Below the pieces are notes generated by a model that searched no databases, had not been told where the DNA came from, and worked only from the letters and a program-made list of their open reading frames with translations. The position numbers and the translations under genes were made by a program. From the NCBI GenBank assembly GCA_016432405.1, contig CP066687.1, forward strand, positions 515,065 through 579,064: a DNA stretch of 64,000 nucleotides, given 5' to 3'. Position 1 is the first letter of the stretch. Each line of letters opens with the position of its first letter. This document shows positions 18,530 to 30,600 of the stretch, piece by piece. This DNA is from Candidatus Giovannonibacteria bacterium (GTDB lineage: Bacteria; Patescibacteriota; Minisyncoccia; UBA11713; 2-01-FULL-45-33).

Positions 18530-18988
18530 ATGGACAAAAGCCAAAATTTATACGAAATTGCCTATCTGGTAAGCCCGGCCTATTCGGCGGAAGAGGCCCA
18601 AAATTTTCAGCAGACCGTCAAAAATCACGTTCAGGCGTTGGGCGGGTTTATTGACCATGAAGGAGAACTCCTAAAGCGCCGGCTATTTTACCCGATAAAA
18701 AAAATGGCGGAGGCGTATGCGGCAGGATTTCGTTTTACTCTCGGCCCGGAAAAGATCGGCGAATTAGAATCACGCCTAAAAGCGCCGCAAGTGCTAAGAT
18801 CAATGATAGTCCACACCAAAAGACAGCCCGCTAGAACTTTCAGACCGAGAATAGAAAAAGTTTCCGACGCGGAAAGACCAAAGCTTAAACATGCTATCGC
18901 AGTGCCAAAACCGGAGCAACCAAAGCTTGAATCCGCCGCCGACATTGAGGAAATAGATAAAAAATTAGAAGAAATCTTGGGAAAATAA
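18530..18988 (+). CDS. rpsF: 30S ribosomal protein S6 with a C-terminal extension
   Basis: YEIAYLV, RRLFYPIKK; rpsF-ssb-rpsR gene order. Confidence 0.9.
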   Translation: MDKSQNLYEIAYLVSPAYSAEEAQNFQQTVKNHVQALGGFIDHEGELLKRRLFYPIKKMAEAYAAGFRFTLGPEKIGELESRLKAPQVLRSMIVHTKRQPARTFRPRIEKVSDAERPKLKHAIAVPKPEQPKLESAADIEEIDKKLEEILGK

Positions 18989-18991
18989 TTT

Positions 18992-19438
18992 ATGAATTTA
19001 AATAAAGTATTTTTAATAGGAAACCTTACCCGGGACCCGGAGCTCCGCACCATGCCCAACGGCAATCCGGTGACGAGCTTCGGGCTTGCCACAAACAGGA
19101 TGTGGAAAAGTAAAGACGGCTCGCAACAAAAACAGACGGAATTTCATAACATCGTAATGTTCGGGCGCCTTGCGGAAATCGCCAAGCAATATCTGCAAAA
19201 GGGAGCCATGGCAATGATAGAAGGCAGGATTCAAAACAGGTCCTGGGAAGGGCAGGACGGCCAGAAAAAATACCGTACAGAAATCATCGCCGAGGCCATG
19301 CAGATGGGGCCCAGGGGCGGAGGCGCTGGCAAGCCAACCGCCGAAAGTCCCGCTAAACAGGAAGAAGACGCCCCGGAAGTTTTAGCTACGGTCGAATACC
19401 CGGAAGACGAAATCAAACCAGATGAAATCCCCTTCTAA
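18992..19438 (+). CDS. ssb: Single-stranded DNA-binding protein
   Basis: LNKVFLIGNLTRDPELR and DEIPF tail. Confidence 0.98.
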   Translation: MNLNKVFLIGNLTRDPELRTMPNGNPVTSFGLATNRMWKSKDGSQQKQTEFHNIVMFGRLAEIAKQYLQKGAMAMIEGRIQNRSWEGQDGQKKYRTEIIAEAMQMGPRGGGAGKPTAESPAKQEEDAPEVLATVEYPEDEIKPDEIPF

Positions 19439-19634
19439 ACAGTGTTATTTTTGCGCGGCCAATATCAAAGTGGTTGATTTTAAGGACTCGCAGATGCTCC
19501 GGAAATTCATGACCCCGCAAGCGCAAATTCAAGGGCGCAAAAAGACGGGGGCCTGCTCGCTCCATCAGCGCAAGCTCTCCAAGGCCATCAAGCGCGCCCG
19601 CCAAATGGGCTTCGCGCCCTTTATCTCCCGATAA
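19422..19634 (+). CDS. rpsR: 30S ribosomal protein S18
   Basis: CYFC, VDFKD, TGACSLHQRKLSKAIKRAR. Confidence 0.95.
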   Translation: MKSPSKQCYFCAANIKVVDFKDSQMLRKFMTPQAQIQGRKKTGACSLHQRKLSKAIKRARQMGFAPFISR

Positions 19635-19638
19635 ATTA

Positions 19639-20661
19639 TTATTGCCCTTCGGCTTTAGTTTTCTCTTTTATTGCCTTAACCAGCTCCTGAGCGGTTTTTT
19701 TGTTCTCGTGGAGATGCTGCCGGGCGGCGTCGTAGCCGCGGCCTAAAGATGTGCCGGCGAAGCTGTACGAGGCGCCAGATTTGGCAACCACGCCGTGTTT
19801 TTCTCCGAGCCCCAAAAGATCACCCTCGTAGGAAATTCCTTCGTTGTACAAAATGTCAAACTCGGCGATTTTAAACGGCGGCGCGACTTTGTTTTTCACA
19901 ACCTTGGCTTTTACGCGGTTGCCTATGATGTCCTCGCCTTTTTTAATCTGGGCGAGGCGGCGCAAATCAATCCGCACCGAAGAATAAAACTTGAGCGCGT
20001 TGCCTCCGGGAGTGGTTTCGGGATTTCCGAACATAATCCCGATTTTCATGCGGATTTGGTTTAGAAAAATTACGGCAGTGCTGGACTTACCGACTACGGC
20101 AGTAAGCTTCCGGAGCGCGTGCGACATAAGCCGCGCCTGAAGCCCCACGTGCTGCTGGCCCATATCCCCTTCTATCTCCGCTTTCGGGGTAAGCGCGGCA
20201 ACCGAGTCAACAATGATAACATCAATTTTTCCTGAACGCACTAGTGACTCAATTATTTCCAGTGCCTGCTCGCCGGTATCGGGCTGTGATATTAAAAGGT
20301 CGTCTATGCGCACGCCGATTTTTTTAGCGTAATCCGGGTCCAGCGCGTGCTCAGCATCAACGAAAGCGCAGATGCCGCCCTTTTTTTGGGCTTCGGCGAC
20401 TACATGCAAAGCCAGTGTGGTTTTCCCCGATGACTCGGGGCCGAAAATCTCAATAATCCTTCCCCGCGGCATTCCGCCGACCCCTAAAGCCATATCCAAC
20501 GAGAGGGCACCGGTGGGGATGACGTCAACATCCACCTTGGACACGTCTCCCAATTTCATCAGAACTCCCTCGCCGTATTTGGACTGCAAATCCTTCACCG
20601 CCGCCTCCACATCGTGCCATTTATCCGCCCGCGAATCTTTGTCTTTTATTTGTTTTGCCAT
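19639..20661 (-). CDS. recA: Recombinase RecA
   Basis: [23 protein letters not shown]. Confidence 0.99.
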   Translation of the reverse strand: MAKQIKDKDSRADKWHDVEAAVKDLQSKYGEGVLMKLGDVSKVDVDVIPTGALSLDMALGVGGMPRGRIIEIFGPESSGKTTLALHVVAEAQKKGGICAFVDAEHALDPDYAKKIGVRIDDLLISQPDTGEQALEIIESLVRSGKIDVIIVDSVAALTPKAEIEGDMGQQHVGLQARLMSHALRKLTAVVGKSSTAVIFLNQIRMKIGIMFGNPETTPGGNALKFYSSVRIDLRRLAQIKKGEDIIGNRVKAKVVKNKVAPPFKIAEFDILYNEGISYEGDLLGLGEKHGVVAKSGASYSFAGTSLGRGYDAARQHLHENKKTAQELVKAIKEKTKAEGQ

Positions 20662-20668
20662 AATAAAA

Positions 20669-20998
20669 CTATTTTACCACCACCCTCAAAACTTTGCGAG
20701 TTTCGTTACCGAAGCGGTCGCGCGCTGAAACGCCGATTTGGTTGAGCCCCGGCCAAACCGGCAAATCATCTTCAAAAATCCCCCGCTCGTCGGCTTGCTT
20801 CTCACGGCCGGAAATCCAGACCTTCAGCATCGGCGCCGTGCGCCCAGCGATGTGAATCAGGCCGCCGGAAACAGCTGCCCCGTCTTGGGGCTCAAAAATT
20901 TCAAGTTTCGGCGCGAAAAGCACCCCCTTTGCTTCATAAAAAAAATATCCCCCAGCCAAAATTATTATCCCCAAAAAAATCCAACGCCGAATGTGCAT
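20669..20998 (-). CDS. Small membrane-anchored protein with an Ig-like domain
   Basis: N-terminal TM; PKLEIFEP...[17 protein letters not shown] beta pattern. Confidence 0.75.
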   Translation of the reverse strand: MHIRRWIFLGIIILAGGYFFYEAKGVLFAPKLEIFEPQDGAAVSGGLIHIAGRTAPMLKVWISGREKQADERGIFEDDLPVWPGLNQIGVSARDRFGNETRKVLRVVVK

Positions 20999-21092
20999 AG
21001 AGATATTTTACAACTTTATAATTCGGTTTTACTACTTGACAATAATCAACACCGGTGCTAAACTCGCATAAGAAACATAAAGGGGGTGTAAT

Positions 21093-21605
21093 GTGATCAA
21101 TATATACTCACTCGGTATTGAAGAAATTAACAAAATAATCTCGGCAGCAGCTTTTGCTGTTAGGGAGGCCAATTTCTTATTTTCTAACACTAGCAACTGG
21201 ACAGATCGCAAGGGCGGATATTTCTGTCTCGCTGGGCCAGGGAGCGGATTGCCGCAACTTATAGTGCCTATTGGGAACATCTCCGAGGAAAAAGCAGAAA
21301 AGTATCTTTCTTTCTGCCAAGAAAAAGCTAAGCGCCTAGCACAGCATGCCGAACACCTAAGTAGTTGGGAAAGCCGGTGCCCAGACCAAAACCGATGGGG
21401 CGGGGCAGTCCGTGTCGGCGATTTTATCTTCTCAATGTCTGGTTTCCCAGAACTGGGCGATGAGGCGATTATGCTTGCCACAGCGGGGATATACTATAAA
21501 GGGTGGCAATCGCCAAAAGCAATTGACACTATAAACATCATCGCAGAGCGTAGCCAAAACCCCTATTGGTCAAATCTGCTTGCGTTTTTGAGCCGATGGA
21601 TATAA
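21093..21605 (+). CDS. Hypothetical protein, weak GlcG/HbpS-like fold
   Basis: WGGAVRVG...SMSGFPELGDE; TTGACA promoter near 21036 and a downstream terminator. Confidence 0.65.
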   Translation: MINIYSLGIEEINKIISAAAFAVREANFLFSNTSNWTDRKGGYFCLAGPGSGLPQLIVPIGNISEEKAEKYLSFCQEKAKRLAQHAEHLSSWESRCPDQNRWGGAVRVGDFIFSMSGFPELGDEAIMLATAGIYYKGWQSPKAIDTINIIAERSQNPYWSNLLAFLSRWI

Positions 21606-21624
21606 TCACTAGCCCTGACCAATC

Positions 21625-21809
21625 AAAAATCAAAGTTAGTGTAGGGCACATTCTCATCGCCGCTTGACTAATCTCTAGCCAGCGGTTTTTTTATTCCGAA
21701 GCGCATCGGAGTTTACTAAGTTTACTAAAATTATAGAGCGATCGTTTTATAATTTTAGTAAAAGAATATTCACTAATTAGCGGGTCTAAAAATCAAAGTT
21801 AGTGTAGGG
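21625..21809. repeat. 22-bp exact direct repeat of the ftsK 3' end enclosing an AT-rich palindrome
   Basis: aaaaatcaaagttagtgtaggg at 21625-21646 and 21788-21809; tttactaaaattata...tataattttagtaaa at 21721-21762. Confidence 0.8.
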
Positions 21810-24026
21810 GACATCTCCATCATCACCAGTTGCTTTTTTAGCGGCGGATTTTTTATTTTCAAATTCTTCGGCTTCTTCTTCGCCAACAACATCCTCATTC
21901 CGCTTGGCAGTTTCACCGTTAAGCGGCTCTCCAGCCGGCCTTTTAACCAAAACCTCTCTCGGCTTCGCTCCTTCGCCGGGGCCGATGACGCCGCGCTCCT
22001 CCAGCATATCCAAAAGCCGCGCGGCGCGGGCATAGCCCACGCGAAGCCGACGCTGGAGGTAAGACGCCGACGCTTTTTGCGCTTCCACCACCAATTTTTT
22101 CGCTCCCTCGTAAAGCTCATCGTCAACATCGTCTTCGTCCCATTCGCTAGCTGGCGGGCCGTTTCCTCCGGCGGGCAATTTTATGTCCAAATCAATCTGC
22201 TCCGCCTCAAACTTATCCCCCGCTTCGGCGGCATAGCTCGCCACTTTTTTCACTTCACGCTCCGAAATAAACGCTCCCTGGATTCTTTTCGGCTTTGACG
22301 TATCGCCGGCCAGATAAAGCATGTCTCCGTTGCCCAAAAGCTTCTCCGCGCCGGACATATCCAAAATCGTCCGTGAGTCCACGCCGGAAGCAACCTGCAA
22401 GGCGATTCTGAAGGTAATGTTCGCTTTTATAAGCCCGGTAATCACCTCCACAGACGGGCGCTGGGTGGAAACCACTAAATGAATCCCCACGGCTCTGGAC
22501 ATTTGCGCCAAGCGCACGATTGATGCTTCCATCTCGCGCGGATATGTGGCCATAAGGTCGGCCAACTCGTCTATAATGATTACGATATTCGGCAAAACCT
22601 CCTCGCGATTTTTCTCTCTAACCATCTCCGCGTTGTAAGAATTTATGTCGCGCGCGCCGGTTTCCGAAAGTCGTTCGTATCTTCTTTCCATCTCTCTCGC
22701 CGCCCAGCGCAGGGAAATAATGGCTTTTTTCGCGTCGGTTATAACTGGCGCGAGAAGGTGAGGAGCGGCATTGTAAATCGTAAGCTCAACCCTTTTTGGG
22801 TCAACCATCAAAAAACGGAGAAACTCCGGAGAATTTTTATAAAGCAAGCTGACAATTAAAGTGTGAATGGCAATTGACTTGCCCGAACCGGTCGCGCCGG
22901 CAATTAAAAGGTGCGGCATTCTGGCAATGTCGGCAAATATCGCCCGCCCGGAAACGTCTCTGCCCAAAGAAAAAGTCAGAGGTGCCGCGTTTTTAAATTC
23001 ATCCAAAGAAAGTAAGCTCCGGAGTCCCACGAGAGCGATTGACCTGTTGGGAACCTCTATGCCAACCAAAGATTTTCCGGGAATCGGCGCCTCAATCCTC
23101 AAAGGGTGCGCCGCCAAAGCCAGCGCCAAATCGTTATGAAGGGCTGTGATGCGGGAAAGTTTAACTCCCTCCGCCGGCTTCAGGGTGTACTGCGTAACCG
23201 AAGGACCGATGTTCACCTCGGACATCTCCACATCAATGCCGAAGTTCTGCAATGTTCTCTTTATAATGTTTGCATTCGCTTTTATGTCGCCAGACGAGGG
23301 CGTTCCCTTATCGTCTTCCAAAAGGTCAATAGGCGGGACGGTGTATTCAAACGACTTGCTTATGTCCAAACGCTGCTGTTTATAAGATTTTTTTCCGCCA
23401 AAGGCGGAAAAAATATTTTCTTCTTCATCCTTTTTTTCTTCAATCTTCGCGGGGGGTAAGGGGGACACGGAAGGAGCAGGCAGCGGCGCGAAAACTCTCT
23501 CTTCAGCCCTTTTTTCTTCTTTTTCTCCCTTTTCTTTTCTTTTCGGCTTTAAAGAAACATTTAGAGCGATTAAAAAGGACACCAAAAGAAATGCGGAGAA
23601 AATAAGAAGCGAGGCCCAAAAATCAAAAAGCCGGAGAAATGGGTAAGAAACCAAAAAGCCGGCGTATCCCCCAGTATATTCCCCGAAAACGATGTCCGCG
23701 AGCCCCAGCGAGCTTAATAGAAACAAAGTCCCGCCGACGGCAGTGGCGGCGACGAAATGCTCGCCTAAGGCGAGCAGAAAAGAAACGCCTGATAGAAAAA
23801 ACGCCAGAGGCGCAAGAAAAAAACCTTTGCCGAAAACAAAAAAAAGCGACCGGCGGGCGGCGTTGCCCACCATCCCCGCCCCGCCAAAATAAGCCATTGC
23901 CAAAATAGCGGAAACCGCGAAAGATAAAACCGCCCACAAAGAATGCTTCGTCTCCGGCTTTAAATTATGGTGCCAAGCCCCAATCCCCGCTCCGCTTTTC
24001 CCGTTATTCCGTTTCTTTTTGGCCAT
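21786..24026 (-). CDS. ftsK: DNA translocase FtsK/SpoIIIE
   Basis: N-terminal TMs, PHLLIAGATGSGKS, IIDELADLM, gamma domain LQRRLRVGYARAARL. Confidence 0.97.
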   Translation of the reverse strand: MAKKKRNNGKSGAGIGAWHHNLKPETKHSLWAVLSFAVSAILAMAYFGGAGMVGNAARRSLFFVFGKGFFLAPLAFFLSGVSFLLALGEHFVAATAVGGTLFLLSSLGLADIVFGEYTGGYAGFLVSYPFLRLFDFWASLLIFSAFLLVSFLIALNVSLKPKRKEKGEKEEKRAEERVFAPLPAPSVSPLPPAKIEEKKDEEENIFSAFGGKKSYKQQRLDISKSFEYTVPPIDLLEDDKGTPSSGDIKANANIIKRTLQNFGIDVEMSEVNIGPSVTQYTLKPAEGVKLSRITALHNDLALALAAHPLRIEAPIPGKSLVGIEVPNRSIALVGLRSLLSLDEFKNAAPLTFSLGRDVSGRAIFADIARMPHLLIAGATGSGKSIAIHTLIVSLLYKNSPEFLRFLMVDPKRVELTIYNAAPHLLAPVITDAKKAIISLRWAAREMERRYERLSETGARDINSYNAEMVREKNREEVLPNIVIIIDELADLMATYPREMEASIVRLAQMSRAVGIHLVVSTQRPSVEVITGLIKANITFRIALQVASGVDSRTILDMSGAEKLLGNGDMLYLAGDTSKPKRIQGAFISEREVKKVASYAAEAGDKFEAEQIDLDIKLPAGGNGPPASEWDEDDVDDELYEGAKKLVVEAQKASASYLQRRLRVGYARAARLLDMLEERGVIGPGEGAKPREVLVKRPAGEPLNGETAKRNEDVVGEEEAEEFENKKSAAKKATGDDGDVPYTNFDF

Positions 24027-24053
24027 TTACTTATTATAGCAAATGGACAGCGA

Positions 24054-27000
24054 TTATTCCTCCTCTTCTTTTGCCGCCGCTTCCAGCTTTTTGAGGTATT
24101 CTTTTCGGTAGCCGGTGCCGGCGGGGATAAGCCGGCCGATGATTACGTTTTCTTTAAGCCCGCGCAGCTTGTCTTCCTTCCCTTCAATAGCCGCGTTGGT
24201 CAAAACGCGCATTGTCTGCATAAATGACGCGGCCGAAAGAAAGCTCTCGGTGGTCAGAGCAACATTGGTTATGCCCATCATCAGCTGCACCGCCTTCGCC
24301 GGCAGGACTCCGGCACCGCCTTCTTTTCTTGCTTTTATGTTTTCCTCGCGAAGTTTTGATTTTTCAATAATTTCCCCGACTGCCAGTTTTGTTGACCCCG
24401 GGTCTTTGACTCTTACGCGGGAGAACATCTGTCTGACTATCGCCTCAATGTGCTTGTCGTTTATTGAAGCGCCCTGGAAAGTGTAAAGCTGCTGGATTTC
24501 CGACAAAATGTAGTTTTGCGCCGCTTTCGCGCCCGCCACGCTCAAAAGTTCTTTTATATCAACGGAGCCCTCCGTGATGCGCGAGCCCGGTTCAACTTTT
24601 TCGCCCGGGGAAACAAGTATTGTCCTGCCGAACGGCACCAAAAACTCAAACTCGCCCCCTGCTGCGTCCCCCAGAATTTTTACCATTTTATCCCTGCTGC
24701 CGCCGTTAGTGTCTCCGGCATCCGCGACAGAAAGCACCGTGCCGGACGCGTTGGAGATAATCGCCGGCGCTCGCGGCGTGCGGAGCTCAAAAATTTCCTC
24801 CACTCTCGGAAGGCCCATGGTAATGTCCGCCGCTCCGGCGATACCCCCCACGTGGAAAGTTCTCATTGTAAGCTGCGTGCCGGGCTCGCCGATGGCCTGC
24901 GCGGCGACTATCCCTACTGCTTCCCCCAACTTAACAGGGGTGTTGGAGCCGAGATCATATCCGTAGCAAAGCTGGCAGATGCCGCGCACGGCCCTGCACG
25001 AAATCGGGGACCGCAAAAGCACGCTCTGAATGTCCAAAGAAGCAATTTTCTCGGCATCGGCCATGGTAAGCAGATGTCCGCGCTTAAAGAGCGGCTTTTT
25101 GGACTCCGGGTCGGCGATATCCGCCGCCAAAACCCTGCCGAACACGCGCGTCGCGAAGCTTTTGCCAAGCCGCTCGTAATCTGCTTTTCTGACCTCAAAA
25201 CCGACTTCGTCTTTGCAATCCGGCTCGCTTATTATGATGTCCTGCACAACGTCCACCAAGCGGCGCGTCAGATATCCCGCCGCCGCGGTTTTAAGCGCGG
25301 TGTCGGCCGTGCCTTTTCTGGAAGCGTGGGTGGATATAAAATACTCCAAAACCGCCAGCCCTTCCTTGAAGCTCGCAAGTATTGGGAGCTCAATCGTGCG
25401 CCCGGAGGGATTAACCACCAAGCCCTTCATTGAGGCCAGCTGATTTATCTGCGCCCAGTTGCCTCTCGCGCCGGAGGAAACCATATACTGAACCGGCCCG
25501 AAAGGATCCAGCGCCCCCGGCGCGAGCTTATCCACCTCCGTTTTAACGTTCGTCCACACCTCTATTATTTTTTCATAGCGCTCGCGGTCGGTGAGCAGGC
25601 CCTGTTCGTATTGTTTTTCTATGACGCGCGCTTCCTCTTTCGCTTTTTCAATAAACGCCTGCTTTTCCTGGGGCACCTGTATGTCATCCATCCCCCAGCT
25701 AATGCCGGATTCCGTGGAATGCTTAAAGCCCAAGGATTTGATGCGGTCTAAAATGCCGGGCGTCTCGTCAATTCCGTATCTTTGTATCAGATTAGAAACC
25801 AGCCGATCCAAGTCCTTCTTTTTCATCTCCTGGTTCAAAAACGCAAAATCCCTTGGCAGGACGCTGTTGAAAAGCAGCCGCCCGACGGAGGTTTCCAGTA
25901 TTTCTTTGCCGGCACTCTGGTATTTCGGCGTTTTGGTGACTTTGACGAAAATTTTCGCGTGGATGTCCACACGCTCAAAATCATGCGCCAGGATTGCCTC
26001 GTTTGGCGAAGCGAAATACTTGCCCTCGCCCTTGGCGCCCGGCCTGATTCTGGTGAGATACGCAATGCCCATTACTATATCCTGCCTCGGTGTTGCCACC
26101 GGTTCGCCATTGCCGGGCTTGAGCAGATTTCTGACAGAGGCGATGATGTCGCGCGCCTCTTTTTGCGCTTCATCCGTCAATGGAACATGCACAGCCATCT
26201 GGTCGCCGTCAAAATCCGCGTTAAATGCCTCGCAAACCAAAGGATGAAGCTGTATGGCGCTGCCCTCAACAAGTATCGGCTGAAACGCCTGTATGCCCAA
26301 GCGATGCAGGGTCGGCGCGCGGTTTAAAAGCACGTATTTGTCTTTAATGGCATTTTCCAAGCTTTCCCATATCTCCTCTTTCAAATCGTCAATAAGCCGC
26401 CCCGCGCCTTTTATCGTGTGCGCCAGGCCGCGGCTTATCAAATCGTGTATGACTAGGGGCCTGAAAAGCTCAAGCGCCATATGTTTTGGAAGTCCGCATT
26501 GGTGGAGCTTTAACTCCGGCCCTACCACTATGACAGACCTGCCGGAGTAATCCACGCGCTTGCCCAAAAGATTCTGCCTGAATCTCCCCTGCTTGCCTTT
26601 CAACATATCCGCCAAAGAGCGCAGCGGCCTTTTTTGGGCTTGCGAGGTGGCCGCCGGACCCTGCGTGCGCTTGATGGAATTATCAATCAGGGCGTCCACG
26701 GACTCCTGAAGCATTCTTTTTTCGTTTCTAACAATCACTTCCGGCGCTTTTATCTCCAGAAGTTTTTTTAAGCGGTTGTTTCTGTTTATCACGCGGCGAT
26801 AAAGGTCGTTTATGTCGGAGGTCGCGTGCCTGCCCCCCTCCAACTGCACCATCGGGCGCAAAGCCGGCGGAATGACGGGTATCACCGTAAGGAACATCCA
26901 TTCCGGCCGGACGCCGGACCTCAACATGGACTGCGCGAGACGCAATCTGCGCAAAATCTTTTTTTTCTGAAGAGGCGAGGCGCTCTCCGCTTCTGCAGAA

Positions 27001-27698
27001 AGCTGGGGGACAAGCCGGCTTAAATTAATCTCTGACGCGAGCTTACGGAGAGCTTCCGAGCCGATGCCCGCCTCAAAAATGTGCGCGTATTTTAAGCTGA
27101 AGCGGTGATATTCCACTTCGGAGATAACCGCCTTCTCGCAGAGCCCCTTGATTTCGCCGACGGTGGCGTCGTAGACGGATTTAAGTGCCTCCGCTTCGGC
27201 CGGGGCGGCCGACTTCATCTTGGATTTAAATTCTTTCTCAACCGCGGCCAAGACCTCTTTCCTTGCTTTTTCGTCAATCTTGGTAATAACGTATCCACCG
27301 AAATAAATCACTTTTTCCAAATCCGGCACGGACATGTCCAAAATCAAGCCGATTCTTGAAGGCACCCCCCTTAAAAACCAGATATGCGAAACGGGGGAAG
27401 CAAGCTCAATGTGCCCCATTCTTTCCCTGCGGACGATTGACCTGGTCACTTCCACTCCGCATTTGTCGCAGACGATTCCCTTGTACCTGACGCGCTTGTA
27501 TTTTCCGCAATAGCATTCGTAATCTTTCTCCGGCCCGAAGATGCGCTCGTCAAAGAGCCCGTCTTTTTCCGGGCGCTGGGTCCTGTAATTTATGGTTTCC
27601 GGTTTTGTGATTTCGCCTCTGGACCAGCTCAAAACCTTCTCGCGCGAAGCGAGGCGGATTGCCAACGATTTAAAATCAGCTATTTTTTGCGACTCCAT
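24054..27698 (-). CDS. rpoC: RNA polymerase beta-prime subunit
   Basis: [33 protein letters not shown]. Confidence 0.99.
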   Translation of the reverse strand: MESQKIADFKSLAIRLASREKVLSWSRGEITKPETINYRTQRPEKDGLFDERIFGPEKDYECYCGKYKRVRYKGIVCDKCGVEVTRSIVRRERMGHIELASPVSHIWFLRGVPSRIGLILDMSVPDLEKVIYFGGYVITKIDEKARKEVLAAVEKEFKSKMKSAAPAEAEALKSVYDATVGEIKGLCEKAVISEVEYHRFSLKYAHIFEAGIGSEALRKLASEINLSRLVPQLSAEAESASPLQKKKILRRLRLAQSMLRSGVRPEWMFLTVIPVIPPALRPMVQLEGGRHATSDINDLYRRVINRNNRLKKLLEIKAPEVIVRNEKRMLQESVDALIDNSIKRTQGPAATSQAQKRPLRSLADMLKGKQGRFRQNLLGKRVDYSGRSVIVVGPELKLHQCGLPKHMALELFRPLVIHDLISRGLAHTIKGAGRLIDDLKEEIWESLENAIKDKYVLLNRAPTLHRLGIQAFQPILVEGSAIQLHPLVCEAFNADFDGDQMAVHVPLTDEAQKEARDIIASVRNLLKPGNGEPVATPRQDIVMGIAYLTRIRPGAKGEGKYFASPNEAILAHDFERVDIHAKIFVKVTKTPKYQSAGKEILETSVGRLLFNSVLPRDFAFLNQEMKKKDLDRLVSNLIQRYGIDETPGILDRIKSLGFKHSTESGISWGMDDIQVPQEKQAFIEKAKEEARVIEKQYEQGLLTDRERYEKIIEVWTNVKTEVDKLAPGALDPFGPVQYMVSSGARGNWAQINQLASMKGLVVNPSGRTIELPILASFKEGLAVLEYFISTHASRKGTADTALKTAAAGYLTRRLVDVVQDIIISEPDCKDEVGFEVRKADYERLGKSFATRVFGRVLAADIADPESKKPLFKRGHLLTMADAEKIASLDIQSVLLRSPISCRAVRGICQLCYGYDLGSNTPVKLGEAVGIVAAQAIGEPGTQLTMRTFHVGGIAGAADITMGLPRVEEIFELRTPRAPAIISNASGTVLSVADAGDTNGGSRDKMVKILGDAAGGEFEFLVPFGRTILVSPGEKVEPGSRITEGSVDIKELLSVAGAKAAQNYILSEIQQLYTFQGASINDKHIEAIVRQMFSRVRVKDPGSTKLAVGEIIEKSKLREENIKARKEGGAGVLPAKAVQLMMGITNVALTTESFLSAASFMQTMRVLTNAAIEGKEDKLRGLKENVIIGRLIPAGTGYRKEYLKKLEAAAKEEEE

Positions 27699-30600
27699 GT
27701 TTTTTCCTCTTCTTCTAAAATATATTCTTCAAAGCGCTCTTTTTGCCGCCCCTTGCCTTTTGACTCTTTTCCGGCGCTTTCATCTTCATCGCCGGGCGCT
27801 TCTTCAACCCCTCTAAGCTCAACGTCCAGGGCAAGCCCCTTAAGCTCGTTCACCAAGACATGGAAAGACGCTGGGACGTTCGGAGCGCGGAACGGCTCGC
27901 CGCGCACAATCGCGTCGTAAGCCGCCGCGCGCCCCAGAACGTCATCCGATTTTATGGTCAGCATTTCCTGCAGGGTGTGCGCGGCGCCGTACCCTTCCAA
28001 TGCCCAGACCTCCATCTCGCCGAATCTCTGCCCTCCGCCCTGCGCTTTGCCCCCCAACGGCTGCTGGGTTATCAAAGAATACGGCCCGATTGAGCGCATA
28101 TGGAGCTTGTCTTCCACCATGTGCGAAAGCTTCATTAAATAAACCATCCCGACAGTGACTTTTTGGTCAAATTCCTTTCCGGTGCGCCCGTCAAAAAGCC
28201 GAACTTTGCCGTCTTCGGGAAGGCCTGCCCTTCTAAGCTCCGACTTAATTTCAGTTTCCGTCGCCCCAAGCAGAGTGGGCGTTATTGCCATATAGCCCAG
28301 TTTTTCCGCAGCCCACCCCAGATGGGTTTCCAAAATCTGGCCTATGTTCATGCGCGAGGCGACACCCAAAGGATTTAAAATAACGTCAACCGGAGTGCCG
28401 TCCGCGAGGTATGGCATGTCTTCCTGCGGAAGAATGCGGGAAATTACTCCCTTGTTGCCGTGGCGGCCGGCGAGCTTATCGCCGGGAGAAACCTTCCGCA
28501 TCTCCGCCACTTCAACCCTGATTTCTTTGATGACTCCGGTTTCAAGTTTGTCTCCCTTTTCCCTTGAGAAAACTTTAATGCCGACCACGCGGCCGTGTCT
28601 GCCGTGCGGGAGGCGGAAAGAAGTGTCTTTTACGTCTCTTGCTTTTTCTCCGAAAATCGCGCGCAGAAGCCGCTCTTCCGGAGTAAGGTCGGATTCGCCT
28701 TTCGGAGAGATTTTCCCCACAAGTATGTCGCCGGCCCTTACTTCCGCGCCGACGCGGATGATGCCGTCCTCGTCCAAATCCTTCAGTTTTTCCTCGCCGA
28801 CGTTGGGAATGTCGTGCGTGGTGATTTCCGGCCCAAGCTTGGTGTCCCGGACGTCCACCGTATAATCCTCAATCAAAACCGAGGTGAAGGTGTCGTTTTT
28901 TACCAAACGGTCGGAAAGAATAATTGCGTCCTCAAAATTCGCCCCGCCCCACGAAAGAAAAGCCACAAGGAGATTCTGCCCGAGCGCCAGATGCCCGCGG
29001 TCGGTAAGCGAAGTATCGGCAAGCACGTCGCCTTTTTTTATTTTGTCGCCCAATTTCACGGAGGGGCGCTGGTGTATGACTGTTGACTGGTTAGACCGGA
29101 CGAAATTCACCAATTCGTAAGTTTTTGTTTTGCGACCTGATTTAACCGTGACGGATTTGGCGTCAACCGCGCTTACCACGCCGTCCATATCCGACATTAT
29201 CAGCCGGCCGGAATCCCGGGCGGCTTTTTCTTCCATGCCGGTGGCAACCAATGGCGCCTGGGGGCGCACGCAGGGAACGGCCTGCCGCTGCATGTTTGAA
29301 CCCATCATGGCGCGGGTTGAGTCGTCGTGCTCCAAAAACGGCACCAGAGAAGTGGCTATGGAAAACGCTTGCTGGGGAGAAACGTCTATATAATCAATCT
29401 CCGATTTCGCTATCAGCGCGGGCTGGCCATTGGCACGGCCCTCCATTTCTTCGTCCAAAATATTCCCTTCCGAGCCAATGGCGACTCCGGCTTGGGCGAT
29501 TTTATGCCGGGCCTCTCCAAAAGCCGTAAGATAATTGATTTCATTCGTTACTTTGCCGTTTATGACTTTTCTGTAAGGTGTTTCCAAAATCCCGAAATCG
29601 TTTACCCGCGCGTATCCGGCCAGATAGTTGATAAGCCCGATGTTCGGCCCCTCGGGTGTCATAATCGGGCAAAGCCGCCCGTAGTAAGAAGGGTGAACGT
29701 CCCGAACCTCAAATCCGGAGCGTTCTCTGGTGAGCCCGCCCGGCCCCAAAGCCGAAACCCGGCGCTTATGCTCAAGCTCGGAAAGAATATTTGTCTGGTC
29801 CATAAATTGGGAAAGCTGGTTTGTCATAAAAAATTCGGATATCACTGCGGCGAACGGCCGGGCGTTTAAAAGCTGGGCGGGAGTAATCGTGGCAAGGTCG
29901 GAGGTGGACATGCGGTCTTTTATCGTCCGCTCCATGCGCGCGAGCCCGATTCGCAATCTTTGCTGGAGCATTTCGCCCACCGAGCGCACGCGGCGGTTGC
30001 CCAAGTTATCAATGTCGTCCGGCAGGGACAATGGATTATTATTTAAAGAAATCACCTCCGAGAGTATGGCTACCAAGTCCTCCTTGTTTAAAATTCGCGG
30101 GTTTTTGACCTTAACACCGGCCAAAGAAGGCAGGCGCTGGCCGAGCTTGTATCTGCCGACGGCCGACAAATCGTACCTCTCCGGCCCGAACATGGCGCCT
30201 ATGAGCTCGCGGGCGTTGTCGGGAGTTGCCAGCTCGCCCTGGCGGATTCTTTTGAAAATTTCCACGTAAGAGTCGTCGGCCGTTTTAGTCGGGTCTTTTT
30301 CCAGAGTTTTGTTGATGAAAGAAACCTGCCCGTCCGGCAGGCGGGCCTCGCCATTGTCTATGGCGGAAAAAGCATCTTTTATGTCCTCGTTTTTCTCCAA
30401 CCCGAAAATGCGCATGAGGGCTGTGGCGGCGATTTTTCTTTTGCGGTCAACTTTTGCGTAAATAGCCCCGTCACTTTCCGTTTCAAACTCCAGCCAGGCG
30501 CCGCGCGAAGGAATGACTTTCGCGCCGAAAAGCTTCCTGCCTTTGGAAATATTCACCAAAGTAAAGTAGGCGCCGAAAGAGCGGGCTAGTTGCGAGACAA

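Noticed and set aside
24115-30269. Long antisense ORFs over rpoB/rpoC, and similar ones over groEL, uvrA, prfB and the surface proteins
   Set aside because: Shadow ORFs produced by codon bias of the real genes; no recognisable motifs.
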